Source of the DNA: Eutreptiella sp. 'Long Island Sound 2002'
Taxonomy: Eukaryota; Protista; Euglenida
DNA length: 64,000 nucleotides
NCBI GenBank assembly: GCA_964036045.1
Contig: OZ038378.1
Span: 163,122,001-163,186,000, forward strand
Reading direction: 5' to 3'
Shown piece by piece: positions 47,201 to 59,200 of the stretch (its first letter is position 1; the number at the start of each line of letters is the position of its first letter). Position numbers and translations under genes: made by a program. The notes beneath the pieces are model-generated. The model worked only from the letters and a program-made list of their open reading frames with translations. It did no database searches and was not told the origin of the DNA.

Positions 47201-50200
47201 ATTGAGTGTCAAACAAAGCGCAGGGCGAAAATGGGTGCGGGCATGGGCAACAGTACCTTGCAACCCATTGATATCCACATTATCACAAGTCAGCAGCTTC
47301 TCCACAATGCTGACCAGTCCAACCGAAGCAGCCACATGCAATGGTGTAGTTGCACCCCAAGCTGTACATGTGCAGAGGATACTGCAAACAAGGTCCTCCA
47401 AGCAAAATCAACTGGAAAACCTCATATCTCCGGGTGGCATAGCATTCAGTGCTGAAATAAATCAGTCCCATCAATGCCATTCGCCTAATATACCTTGCAC
47501 TTGAATACGACGATCGCTACACCCAACCAACAAAGTAACAAAAAGACAAAAACCACCACAAGCAACCCTTTTGAAATACAACATTGGAAACATGAGGGTG
47601 CCTTGGGGTGTGTGCCTTGGGTTGTTGTTGTCCGATCATCCACCAGACCTGACTTGACCCAAAATATTCTGTTGCTGGGACGGAACACAGGAAAGATGAA
47701 AGATGCAAGCAGAACGTGTGGATACCATTAGTTGATCCAAACGCACCTGGACAGCGCCACATCCCATCTCGCAAGTCACCCAAGAACAAAGCATACGTGT
47801 TGGCAAAGAGGGATTGATCTGAGGGCATCGTAGCAGGGTCCGGGCCACCGCCTCGTTTCCATACTCACAAGCCACATGCAGCGGAGTCCCTGTGCCGGAT
47901 CGTTTGTAGTAGCAATTCTGACCCTGATATCTGCAGATCAACATTGCATTGAGAGGATGGGATGGAGCGGGAGTGGGCTCTCGCGCTCCAGTCTTGATGC
48001 AGCCTGTAGCCGTTCACACCTAGAAATGAGCCCAACTAGCGTGTCTTGGGCTTCTCCACATTGGACTCAGGGCTACAGCTCGTCGCCAACCTTGACTGAG
48101 ACAGTCTCAGTTTTGTGTATTGCAAGGACCAAAATCCATTGCGATCAGTGCAATTACGGAGATTAGTGAAAAAAATGCTGGAAGAAAAAAGGAAAATGAC
48201 AGCAAATTACAGTGAAAATTACATGGCGCTCTCCCAGGCTTATGCTACCAAAAGGGTTGTCACAGCTTCCAGCCAAACCATTTTGGTCACGCTACCCCGT
48301 GTGCCGTCCAATGCAATCCCCCCCCTGCTGTTAGTTTTGGATTGTCTGATCTTTCTTGCGTTTTTTGGTGATTTTCTGGGTGTCGAACTTTTCCAGCAAA
48401 TACAAATTATAGAAAACTATGATCGTAATCTAGATTTGTTCTTGGCATTGGGTTGATTATCTGTCTATTTTGGTGTATTTTTTTGGATTTCTGGTCCGGT
48501 AGTATACCCCCTCCCCCTGCTGATTGCGCAGGCCCCAGTGCCCCTAGCCAGGACCATAAATTGACATGGCTACAGAACTGTCCCCGGGGGGCGACTACCA
48601 ACGGTCCTGATGCGACCCCCCCCCCAGCTATCTGTCAAAACTTGGGGGGGGGGGGGGTGTAGGGGGGGGATTTCGGCTGCGGGGGGGGGGAGGGGTTCCC
48701 AAGGTGGGGGGGCTTGCGCGCGACCCACTACTACCACATGCATACCTCTAGGGGGATGTGTGTCTGGGGGTTTGGGGGTACGGAGGTATGTATGCGATAA
48801 TAACGCTTTCTCGTCATTGCCGAGAAGAAAGTCTGAAGGGTCGCCGTGTTGCCCCCCTCCCCCCTTCCCCCTCCCCTTCCCCCTCCCCCCTTGTTCCCCC
48901 GCGCCCCCCGGTTAGTTTGCCAGAAAAATTCCTGAGGCTTGGTTAGAGTTGGGGGTTAAAAGAAAAAATGGATGGATTTCTGCTTAGAGGTCCTTGAAGC
49001 GCCCCCCCCGTCTAAGGAGGAGGAGGAGGAGGATCAGTCTCGGCGGGCGCGCTTCAACTCAAGCTCCTGTTGGGCTTCGTCCTGCCTCTTCTTGTTGTGC
49101 TTCCCGGCGCTTTTAAGCGGACGAGATTGCTCAGCCCCAGAGGTCTTTGCCTTGGACTCACTTGGGAGCGGGGGGGCAGGAGGCTTTGACTAGGGAAAAG
49201 GCAAGGGAGGCAAGCTCGACGACGATGAAGCAACGTCGCCAGGTGCAGATGAGGCCACTACATCAGACTGGGCATCATCAGCCTGTGCAGGTGCATTGCC
49301 ATGATTTTTTCGCAAAAACGACATTTGTTCAGTGCCTCGTCTTGCTAATCTGGCGCTCAAAACCAGTGATGATTTGATGAAAAGGAAGCATACACTAAAA
49401 AAAAAGGGGCGCTATTGGCGCCATGAAAAAAAAGGGGGTGCCGTTGGCGTCATGCCCCCAACCCACTATCTTTCAAAACCTGGGGTGGGGGGGGGGGGGG
49501 GCTGGGGGTTTTGCATATTTTAGGACCCCCCCCCCCCCGGAGAACTGTCACCAAAATTGTGTTGTCAGACTCCAAATCAAGGAGCCGGAATGTCATTCAT
49601 ACCACCACACAGTTTAGAGGTAGGGCCACTTCCTTCTTAAGGAAATTGTATCGTGCCCCTTGAATTTTTTTCAAGAGCCCCTGTAGAGACATTTCACAAT
49701 ATTTTTCTGCATGGAGAGTCCGGGAGCAAAACTACCTTTGTGGCCACAAAGAAAAGCAAAAGACCATGCGAAGAATGGAGACTGAGAATGGTTGGGGAAA
49801 TTCGTGGACTTCTCATCCTGTTCCTTTTCCCTCCTTGTTCCCTGAAACTGGAAAACAGCTGGATACTGCTTTTTCAGTTTCCAACCTCCCCGTCAACCGA
49901 TGGGGACAGTGGCTAATATGCACCCATTATCATGCAGCCGTCAATGTTTTCAACACAAAACATCATTTGCATTTTGCACTTACGGCGTGCAGTATGGTCA
50001 ACTGCACCCAACAATGCATATTTGGGCATATCCATTGGCCCATTTCCCTCTGCAGCGAAAGTTGTTGCGCTCTTGTCGCCATGTGACAGCACTCAGAATG
50101 CCATGGTGGGCATGATATGCCACCGATGATGGTCAAGGTGGATGTGGTAACTTTAATGAAGATCCATTAAATGGGGAGCAGAGGGTAGAGGCAGACTCTT

Positions 50201-53200
50201 TGCATAGCCACGCAGACCTGTAGGTCATTGCATTTACATCAATGCCCGGAAGCTTCAGTAAATAGTTGACGACTGCTCGATGTCCACCTCGACAGGCATC
50301 ATGAAGAGGTGTGCAGCCCATCGCTGTAGGAGGGAGGCAGGAGGGAAACCATTTTGGACAGCATGCGCCAGAGGGTTGTGCTGCATTGTCAATATGTGCT
50401 GCAAATCGGAGGAACACCACAATTTAGTACTATTGCATCAGGCTTTTAAAAATCAGCGTCACTCAGACGTTTGGAGTAAGTGCTACAGTGGGTGCTGATT
50501 TCCTCTAGGCGGAATCTCAGTCTGCGGCCCTCAAGCAGGGTTCCTGTTCAGGGGTCTCAGCAGGAAGGGCACATTGCGCATGGCTGCTTCTGTCATACGG
50601 CTTTGCTTCTGTCATACGGCTGGTTCTCTTACTTGGTGCACGTCCCATTGCCCTACACCCCACATAACACACAGGTTAGGTTGGACAATGTTGGGGAGTT
50701 ACATCTGGCAACAGAATTCACCGTCAAGCGCCATACTTCAAATCAACAAGCGAAGTCAACTGACCATCAACTGCCATTGGTAAAATAGAAACCTGCAATG
50801 GGCAACCCGCTATGTGTACATTGAATTGACCATGTCTGCTGATGCCTCACTGTCGCTAGTCCTTGACCAATCGCTGTGCATCAATTGCCTTTTTATCATG
50901 CATAGCCGGTTGCTGCATTTCTGCTGTAGGGGTCTTGGTAGATCTGGGCGCTGCAACAGGTATGGAACAGTCTCTGTCCATTTTGTCCAGAAATATTGGC
51001 TATGTTCTCTGCAGTTGTGGTCAGTGTGGGGAACACTAAGGCAGGGATGCTTTTGCGAAAAAAGTGGAATGAACACTGCATTGACGAACAAGAATACGTC
51101 TTCCACAGCAATTGTGAATAGCTTGCTGTGCCAGCACAGCAGCAAAGACAAACTGTTTACAAGGAAAGGTGAGAAGGGCACACCATCCTGAGCATTGATG
51201 TCAATATGGTGCTTACGGAAAGTGCATAGCACTTCGACCATATCCAAATCACCACGTTCCGCCGCCAGATGCAAGCATGTCATGAGTCCACCTGCACACC
51301 AATGAAACAACAAATAAAGACTGTCATCAAGACTAATCAGCAACATTCTTCCACCCCCCTGAACTCTGTCACGTGCTGTGGTCGCTGTTGGTGCCTCACC
51401 AATACTGGTTGTGGCATGAAAGCAAGTGCAAACTAGAAACCTCAAGACCTCACATCGTCCCATCACAAGGCAATTTGCATGTACAGCGTAAGAGAACGCA
51501 ATTGTGGGCTCCACATATAACTGATCTTTCTTCACACTCACATGAGGGGGTGGCCTGCAAACGGTTTTTGTTGGGGTGTGGTTGTTGGATGCCCTTGTTG
51601 CAGGTGACAATTTGTCCAGACAATAAACTTCTTGATTTGTTGATATTGATATGCCTTTTTCTGTTTTTCCATTGTTCACTTGTGTTTCTAAGCGGCCATT
51701 CTGACAAGCCCGCAAAAAGGTTGGGAGGAGACAATTTCATGAGTTAGACGAATCTTTCGTTGCTCACCTCTTATCTGTGCACTATTTTCCACGTGTCCTT
51801 TATGGCTTTGTTTGACAGTCATTTGTCAAATATCCTCCTGCTGTGATTGTCCCAAGAAAATTCTGTGGTTGCCCTGTGTCATGTATCCTTGAAAAGAGGG
51901 ACAGGAAGAAACCGGGGAGGAGGATGAGGGGATGTCACTTTTGAACACTAGGCCCGGAAATTGTGCTGTCTGCAGGTCCCAACTCTGTCTCCCATATTCT
52001 CGAACTGACCGGTTAGGGCTCGGATTAAGCATGCACCCCTGATAGCAATCCGGCAGTGCTTGTGGCTCTGGACCGTGGTCAGACAGCATACAGGGCAACG
52101 GGGGGGGGGGGGGCGTAGCAATGGGCCATATGCCAACTCCTTTCCACTTTCGGACCACTTTCAGGGGGGGGGGGGGGGGTTGGCAAGAAGCCATGGTCTT
52201 GTGTTCTCGTCTGCAGCTGGCGGCGCCCACTGGCCGATCGCCATTCGCTGCCCTTCCCTTCCCTTCCCTTTCCTTCAGTGAAGGTCCACCAAAGGGGGGG
52301 GGGGGGGGGCTCCCGGACCCCAACATATCTGGCTTAAAATGACCGCCTCATGGCGATAATCACTTTGAGGTATGTATGTTGGGGCAAAAAAATTGAAACA
52401 GGGGGGGGGGGGCATGGTAGGTGGTACTTTTGTTAAAGGGGACAAAATCACAAGTGGGTACATCACCCCTGCCTTCTTAGGGCCCCATAAATGGGTGGAA
52501 TTGCTACAAAACCCCTGCGTTCTCGGGGTCCCCAATAGAGGGGGACAAAATCAGAAGCAGCTGCATAGCCCCTGCCTTGGAAAAGAAGATTCATGATGAT
52601 GCATGGAAAAAAGAAGGACAAAATCAGAAATAGCTACATAACCCTTGCCTTGGAAAAGTAGATTCATGATGAGGCATAGAAAAAAAGGCAAACCAAAGGT
52701 ACAACCCCATACCACCACTGTCCCCTAAAGGATCACTTCTGCCAGCAGAAGGAATTGAACAAGGGTCTCTCCAACTGCAGGTGCCGTGTTCCACCAACTA
52801 GGGCAAAGGCCGATTTAAGTCCCGGACGCCATGCGAGTTCCACCAACTAGGGTATTAGCCATCTCTGGAAAATGGTGCTCACAGATGGGATAATGATTTT
52901 GCGCTCACTGAAAAGAGCAAGTTTTTGTCCACTTTTGAATTCTTCTAAAAATTCCGAGGATATTGAGTATAGACACATTGGGTGAAAACGCATTTTTTTT
53001 ACCCTTTGCCACATCAAGCAAAAATTGCTTACAGTGTCTTTGGCGCCGATGGTCCGGCACTTTCCTCCCAATTTCCAGGGACGGGGGGGGGGGGGGGTCG
53101 GCGTCAAGGACCCGGGCCCGGTGTGCCCCCCGTGATACAGGGCCCCTCTGCCGCGGTGGACCCCATGCTTGTTTGACTTGGCATACCACGCAATTATGAT

Positions 53201-56200
53201 CCTTCTGCCTCCACCAAAAATTGTGAGAGGTGGGGAGCCCGCTCATGATGACAATGTCCCCATTTTGGAACTGCCCCACCTGCCTGACTTTGGGGGCTCG
53301 AATCTGGGATTTTGCCTCCCCGTGGGCACATATGTTGTGGGCACATATCTTGGTTTTCGACTGGGACGAATATTCATCGCTATGGTTACTGGGGAGGGTC
53401 GCGAAGCCTCAAGCAACGCTGTAGCCGCCCGGGTGCCACGGCTCGCTCCGGTATCCCAAAGACTGGGGGGGGGGGGGGTCTGAGTGTTTCTGGTGTGGGT
53501 GGGTCCGTTAACCACTCCTCCATCATCACGGCTACTTTCCTGAGCTACTTTCCTGAGGGCCAAGACGAGGTGCTGCAAAATTGTCCGGGGGGGAAGCATA
53601 CACAGTTGGCATTAGAATTTGCAAATCCTAGAGTTGTAGAGGGAACCCATGGCGTTCAAAATTCAACAGTACATTGAAAAAAATAGGCATTCCAGGGTGA
53701 TTTTTAGCGCCTTCTTGGGCCGCGCAAAAGGGGCACAAACCCCCCCCCCCCCCCCAGGCCAAACGAATGCCAAAAAATGTTAAAAATAAGTTGCATGCTT
53801 TCATGTGGTTTGAATGTGCATGCATCTTATGTGTCCAAAATAGTTGAAGCAAATGGCTGTATTTCCCGCCATTTTTGGCAGTTGGAATCCAGCCTCTCAA
53901 TTTGCCACACCCGTGCCACTGCTGAGTTCTGCCCAAACTTGAGAGGATTCATCTTCGTATATCAAGCATCGTAGCATCCACCAAATTTTGGACCTGATTT
54001 ATTTGTCCATCCTGTGCATGCTTGCTGCTTGCCAAAGGGGTCCACCCTACGCAAAAAAGGGACAAAAAACCTCACCAGTGTAAACAGCGGCTTGGTAACC
54101 CCTGCCGTATTAGGGTCCTGCAGAGCTGATTACCCTGCTAGATGCTGCCAGATGCAAAACACCTCTGCAGGAGGCCACTAGATGTGCTTGCATGTGCCTG
54201 CAGAGGCTGGAAGATGGGGCCAAAATTTCTTCCAGGTGTCAACTCTAGTTGCACACTTGTTCGAAAGCCAGGTGCAGACTTGTTCTAAAGCATGCACAGG
54301 CCAGGGTAATGGGGTTGGGGAGAATTGTATGCCATGCCCTGCAGACTCCGCTGTCAGCATTGGCAAAAATGTTCCATTTGTCAGAGCGTTTCACATTTTC
54401 ATGCAGCTCCAACCCCCGCAGACTTTGCTGATACTTACTTTATGCACTGGAATCACAAACGCATCTCACAAGAAGAGGCATACGAGTCCGAGTGTTCACA
54501 TCCGTATTGGGGTGCTGCAAGAGCATCTTGGTGATAAGTGTGTGTGCAGCTCCTGCCGCTGCATGCAACGCCTCTCGGCCATCGTCTGCACAGGATAGAC
54601 ATGGGTTGCTGATGGGGCCAGGGGTGCAGTGCCACGGTGTTGATGCTTTGTCAATGCTTTTATGGGGGGGAACCATTGAAGGCGTGAACAACAGCCTCAC
54701 ACACACACAGACCCTATGCTTTGCATTGAGGTCGTCCTGTAGCACAACGAAGTCGTGAACGAACCCGTGAAATGGGAAACAACAGCAAGTGACCAGAAAC
54801 TGCAATTCAAGACTTTGTACCGAAATGGTGCTGTGCTAACCAGAGGTTCACCTTGATTTTTCAATGGGTGGTGACACAAATCTACTCTGCTTACCGAACT
54901 TGCTGCCATGAAATTTCATTCCGTTCAATACAATCCGACAAAGAAATAGCCAAAGACAGCTGGAGCAAATTGCTGAGTGATGCATAAAGAAATTGACTGA
55001 TGCAATGGGAGACCCCAGCCTCAAAAAGGGAGGAGGATCCCTCCTCCCTCCCAGATTTTGAGGGCTGTTCTCACCCTTTTGGCGGGGTTTATCCATCTGG
55101 AATACTTTTTCTTTCGCACCCTCATCCAATTCACACATGTAGGACGTGACAAACAGGCACAGATCCAATTCACACACACACACAATGAGAACCGCAAAAA
55201 CAAGAACAGAGCAAGAAAAGCAGTGAAAGAAAACTCCTCAGGGACAGCAGAGCTGCCCTAGACGTCTTTCGGTCTGTCAGGAAACGCGGCAATGTGCTGC
55301 ACTGCATAGAGTCATTTCAGGTCCTGCTCCCTCACCTGCCCTGACAATCGTGCAGCGTTCATGACAGACCATAATATTCACCTACGGAGGAGGTCGTGTT
55401 GTCCCGTCAAAACAAATGCAACCTGTGCTAGGTGCTTCCACCTGACCGCACACACACAGAGGGTAGGGCAAAGGGGAGGGCGAATTGAAAAGTGGCACTG
55501 CGTGCCTGAAGCAGGTGTATGTCAGTGCACCAGGTTGGGGTGTATCCCTCCGGTTGTAATTCGGTTGGTATCACCTGGTCGGTGTAGTTGCTGCCATCCC
55601 ACACTGCATTGCGAAAAAGCCAGTGCAGCAGTTTGTCAACTGTGGTTGCCTGGGGGCAGGGCTTGTGGTGGCCTATTGCGCACACCGCGCGCATAGTGTT
55701 CTCCGCCATCCATGGGGATGCCGAGTACACACGGCGCACTGTCTTGTGCATCGCGCGCATCACAGCCATGCGCACACACACACACACACAGATGTGAAGA
55801 AGAAGTCCTGGATCCCACACGCAAAGCGAAATTGAAAGCGGCACGTGGGATCTGAGTGGCTTTTGCTACTCTCGGCAATACCCAATATTCAAATCAAATA
55901 CATTGCGGCGTAGGCACCTTTCGAAAAAAATAGACACTCAGAAAAGACACACACACGTGCGTGCGTGCGTGCACAAGCGCACAAACAGAGGAACTACACA
56001 ACCGTGAAGCCCCTGATCCCACATGCAGGCGGCAAGGAAGAGGAGCACATGGTATGTTAAATCTGAGTCACGCACATGACAGGCAAACAGGCATTGTGTC
56101 AAAGCAGTCCGAGAGTACTGGTTTTGTCAGGCGCGTCCCAATAAGAACACGAGCGGTTCATGACACTCACTAAGTGCCTTACCAACTCTAGTATGTAATC

Positions 56201-59200
56201 CTCGGGCAGTCCCTCAGTGCAGTGCCTGATGAGCGCAATCAATTGATTGGCTCATGCACAAGCTGTATTTCAATAGGTTGACAAATCAACCTATGACTGC
56301 TACTGCTATTGTGACCACAGGTCAACCCTTTTTTGGAGGGGATGGGGTCCTCCACAAGCATCCGTGCCAGAAGAAAGGCTGCAAATGCATCTCAATCCTT
56401 GTGCTCCATACAGACAGGAAATATTACATGGAATGTAAAGCTTCAACGTTACAGAGGAGCAGTGGGGCACATACGTACAAACACCCCCTGCAATCCTGCT
56501 GAGCGCTCAAAAGCGGCATAGACACTGGAATCGGGCATCATGTTGTGTAGGGAAACAGGCGTCCACCCCTTATCTGTGAGACAAGAGATGAGTTTCAGCA
56601 ACTCCAAGTGCAACAATCCTGCCAATTCATCGGACCCACTGCACACACATGCACAAGATGGCGACCTATGGATCTATGGGATGGGAGGAGTAGTGCGTCA
56701 GTACAGTGCCTTAGAGCAGATGTCTGTCCCACTGCTCACAGTTGCCACTTCTTTCCCTCGGCCTCTTGTTTGCAAGGGAAGCCTGGGCTGGAAACCTTTC
56801 TCTCGAGAACGTTGCATGCATAACGGTGGGAGGCGGGGGCAGGCTTGTTCCAGGAGGGGTGAGGGGGGAGGGATGGGGGGGTCTGAGATCCAAGGGTTTG
56901 TGTACCACAAAGCTTTTCCCTTTACGAAGCTTAATTTGTCGCCTGAGGAATTTTTAGGCCCCATGAAAGAGGGGCGGGGGGGGGCTCCGATTCAAGCACA
57001 AGCTTGGGGGGGCGGGGGGGGCTCGAGCCACAAACTTTGTAGTGCGACAGGCGGCCCATGCGTTGTCGTACTCTCTTGCTGGGTGGCCCAAAACAGGAAC
57101 CAAAATCCAAAGAAAATCCACGACTTCTGCAAATAAAATTAAATGACTTTGCCCAAAACAGCTTGGGCGTTTCAACCCAACTGCATATCTTCAAACTGTG
57201 GGCTGTCTCAAACACCAACACTGACAGAGGAAAAGCCTTTTTTCTGCTCATCTGAAAATCCCAATCTTTTGAAGGGATTCAGAAGTCTTGAACCACAAAA
57301 CACAAAACAAGGCCGGGCCCCTCATCACCCGCTTTGTAAATTTTTTGGGATGTAAACTGGTGTGCCATTCATCACCACATACAAACAGACAAACCATTGG
57401 CCAAATAATTGATTGGTGCAAGACAAAATGCGGTTTGCTCAATGATGCTGCTCAGGAGAACGCCCATGATTTGAAATGGTTCATTGAAACCACGGATATT
57501 ATGTTGGCCAACCCGCATTCAGAGCATCATCACAGCTTGGCAGTGAATGTCATAGAGGCAAACGGGATGCTCATGGCGACAGAAATGCGCTTGACTTTTT
57601 ATATTTGTGCCACGGAGGCGCCCTTGACACTGAGGACCGGTTGTTAAAGGGGCTTGGCTTTGGGGACCCAACTAAGGCCACCTGCCCTGCTCTACTACCC
57701 TTACGTTCACCTGCAGTCGCATAGTGGTCTCTGTGTGATTGGTGTGATACTATGACTGTCCGTGCCATTGCTGTGCTTCTGAATGCACTCCTTGTTTGCA
57801 TCAGGGGCACAAACTGCATGTCTAGCGTTGGCTGTGAACAAGTGTGCATCCTTATCACCTGACTGCAGGGGTCAGCGCCCCTCTACCCACCTTGCATCAG
57901 CCCTCCCTATCCCCACTTGATGCCCGCCCTGAACCGTTTGCCAACTTCACCACATGAAATGGATGTACCACACTGCCATCCTGGGTCTCGGGCAAGGGCA
58001 TACTGAGCAGAGTGACGTTGATATCTCGATGTGCCAATAACTTCTTCACCATTTTTCTGTGGCCCAGTGCTGCTGCTATATGTAATGTAGTGTTCCCCGT
58101 ATCTGCACAACAATGAAATGAAATGAAAAAGAGGAGGTTGCACAGCAATAGCAAACAGTTAGATTGCACAGTTCACAATCCAGTGGCCGCAGCAAATCAT
58201 ACCGTGCCATTCCCCCTGCACTCATGACCAAAAGGGGTAAAAAGCACACAAAACAGGGCATGGCTACTATTAATGTCCGTAGGCCTATGTACAGAGGTCG
58301 AGGGGCTGGAGTGGTGGGCCGATCAAGAGCCCACCTTCGCCATTGCTGCCCCCCCTGCCTGTGGAGTACGGCGGCACAGAGGGATGAGATGGTTGGGACT
58401 AATTCTCTTCCATACTCGCCCTCTGTGCGGCTGCCGCGATGTTGCCTGCCCTCCTTAGGGGGGGCACGTCAGGAGCCCAGGCTGGCCCTCCGGTGGGGAA
58501 GGGGCGCATCAGCCACACGGCAAAAAGTGTTGCTTGCCTGCCCACCTTGAGGGACATGGGCTGGACGGCTGTGACGCCGCGGGCGTCACCCTAGATCCCC
58601 CAGACCCCCCCCCCCCCCGGAGGGGAGCAAGATTGTTGGGGCACGGGCGTGCAGGGGGGGTGGCACACCCCTGGTCCATATCCATATCCTGCCTTGGTCT
58701 CCTCTGGGGTGCCCCCCTCCCCTAGCAGCAAATGCTGCGCATGCAAGGCGCCGAAGATGTGTCGAAAAACCCCCGGCAGTGCTTGGGCTGCCCACTCTGC
58801 CTTTGGGGACCCTGGGACCTCCATGGGGGCAGGTATAGGCGGCGCGGGGGGGGGGGGGAGGGCGTTGCTTGAGCGGAGGGGGGAGGGGGGAGGGGGTCCA
58901 GGGGGGAGCCCCCCCCCCCCCCTGCCGGAATGAACCATATCCACCAGGAATTGCAAAAATGCACCACACTGATGCATTTAGCATATACATTTGTCATAAT
59001 GTCTGAAGACAGGTAATCAACTCATCTTTTTGGGTTCATACATTGTGCCCTCACCTAAACACCACCAGGCAACACAAACAGGAAACACGGAGGAATGCTC
59101 ATTGTTATCAAATTATTTGCTGAAGATCAATCAGAGTTCGACTCACCTGAGCTGGACTCACCAATTTCATCCTCTTCTGAATTGCAGTCTGGTTGTGCCA

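Noticed and set aside
50200-50225. Nonconventional euglenid intron after exon 6
   Set aside because: A canonical ag|gtctgc phase-2 donor fits the phase-2 acceptor at 47931 exactly.
50810-51715. 301-aa minus ORF as a single CDS
   Set aside because: Only 51184-51291 is ankyrin-like and splice-bounded; the rest is an incidentally open intron frame.
55860-55946. Functional SL RNA gene
   Set aside because: The SL exon is followed by AAAGG, not the GT donor that an SL RNA requires.
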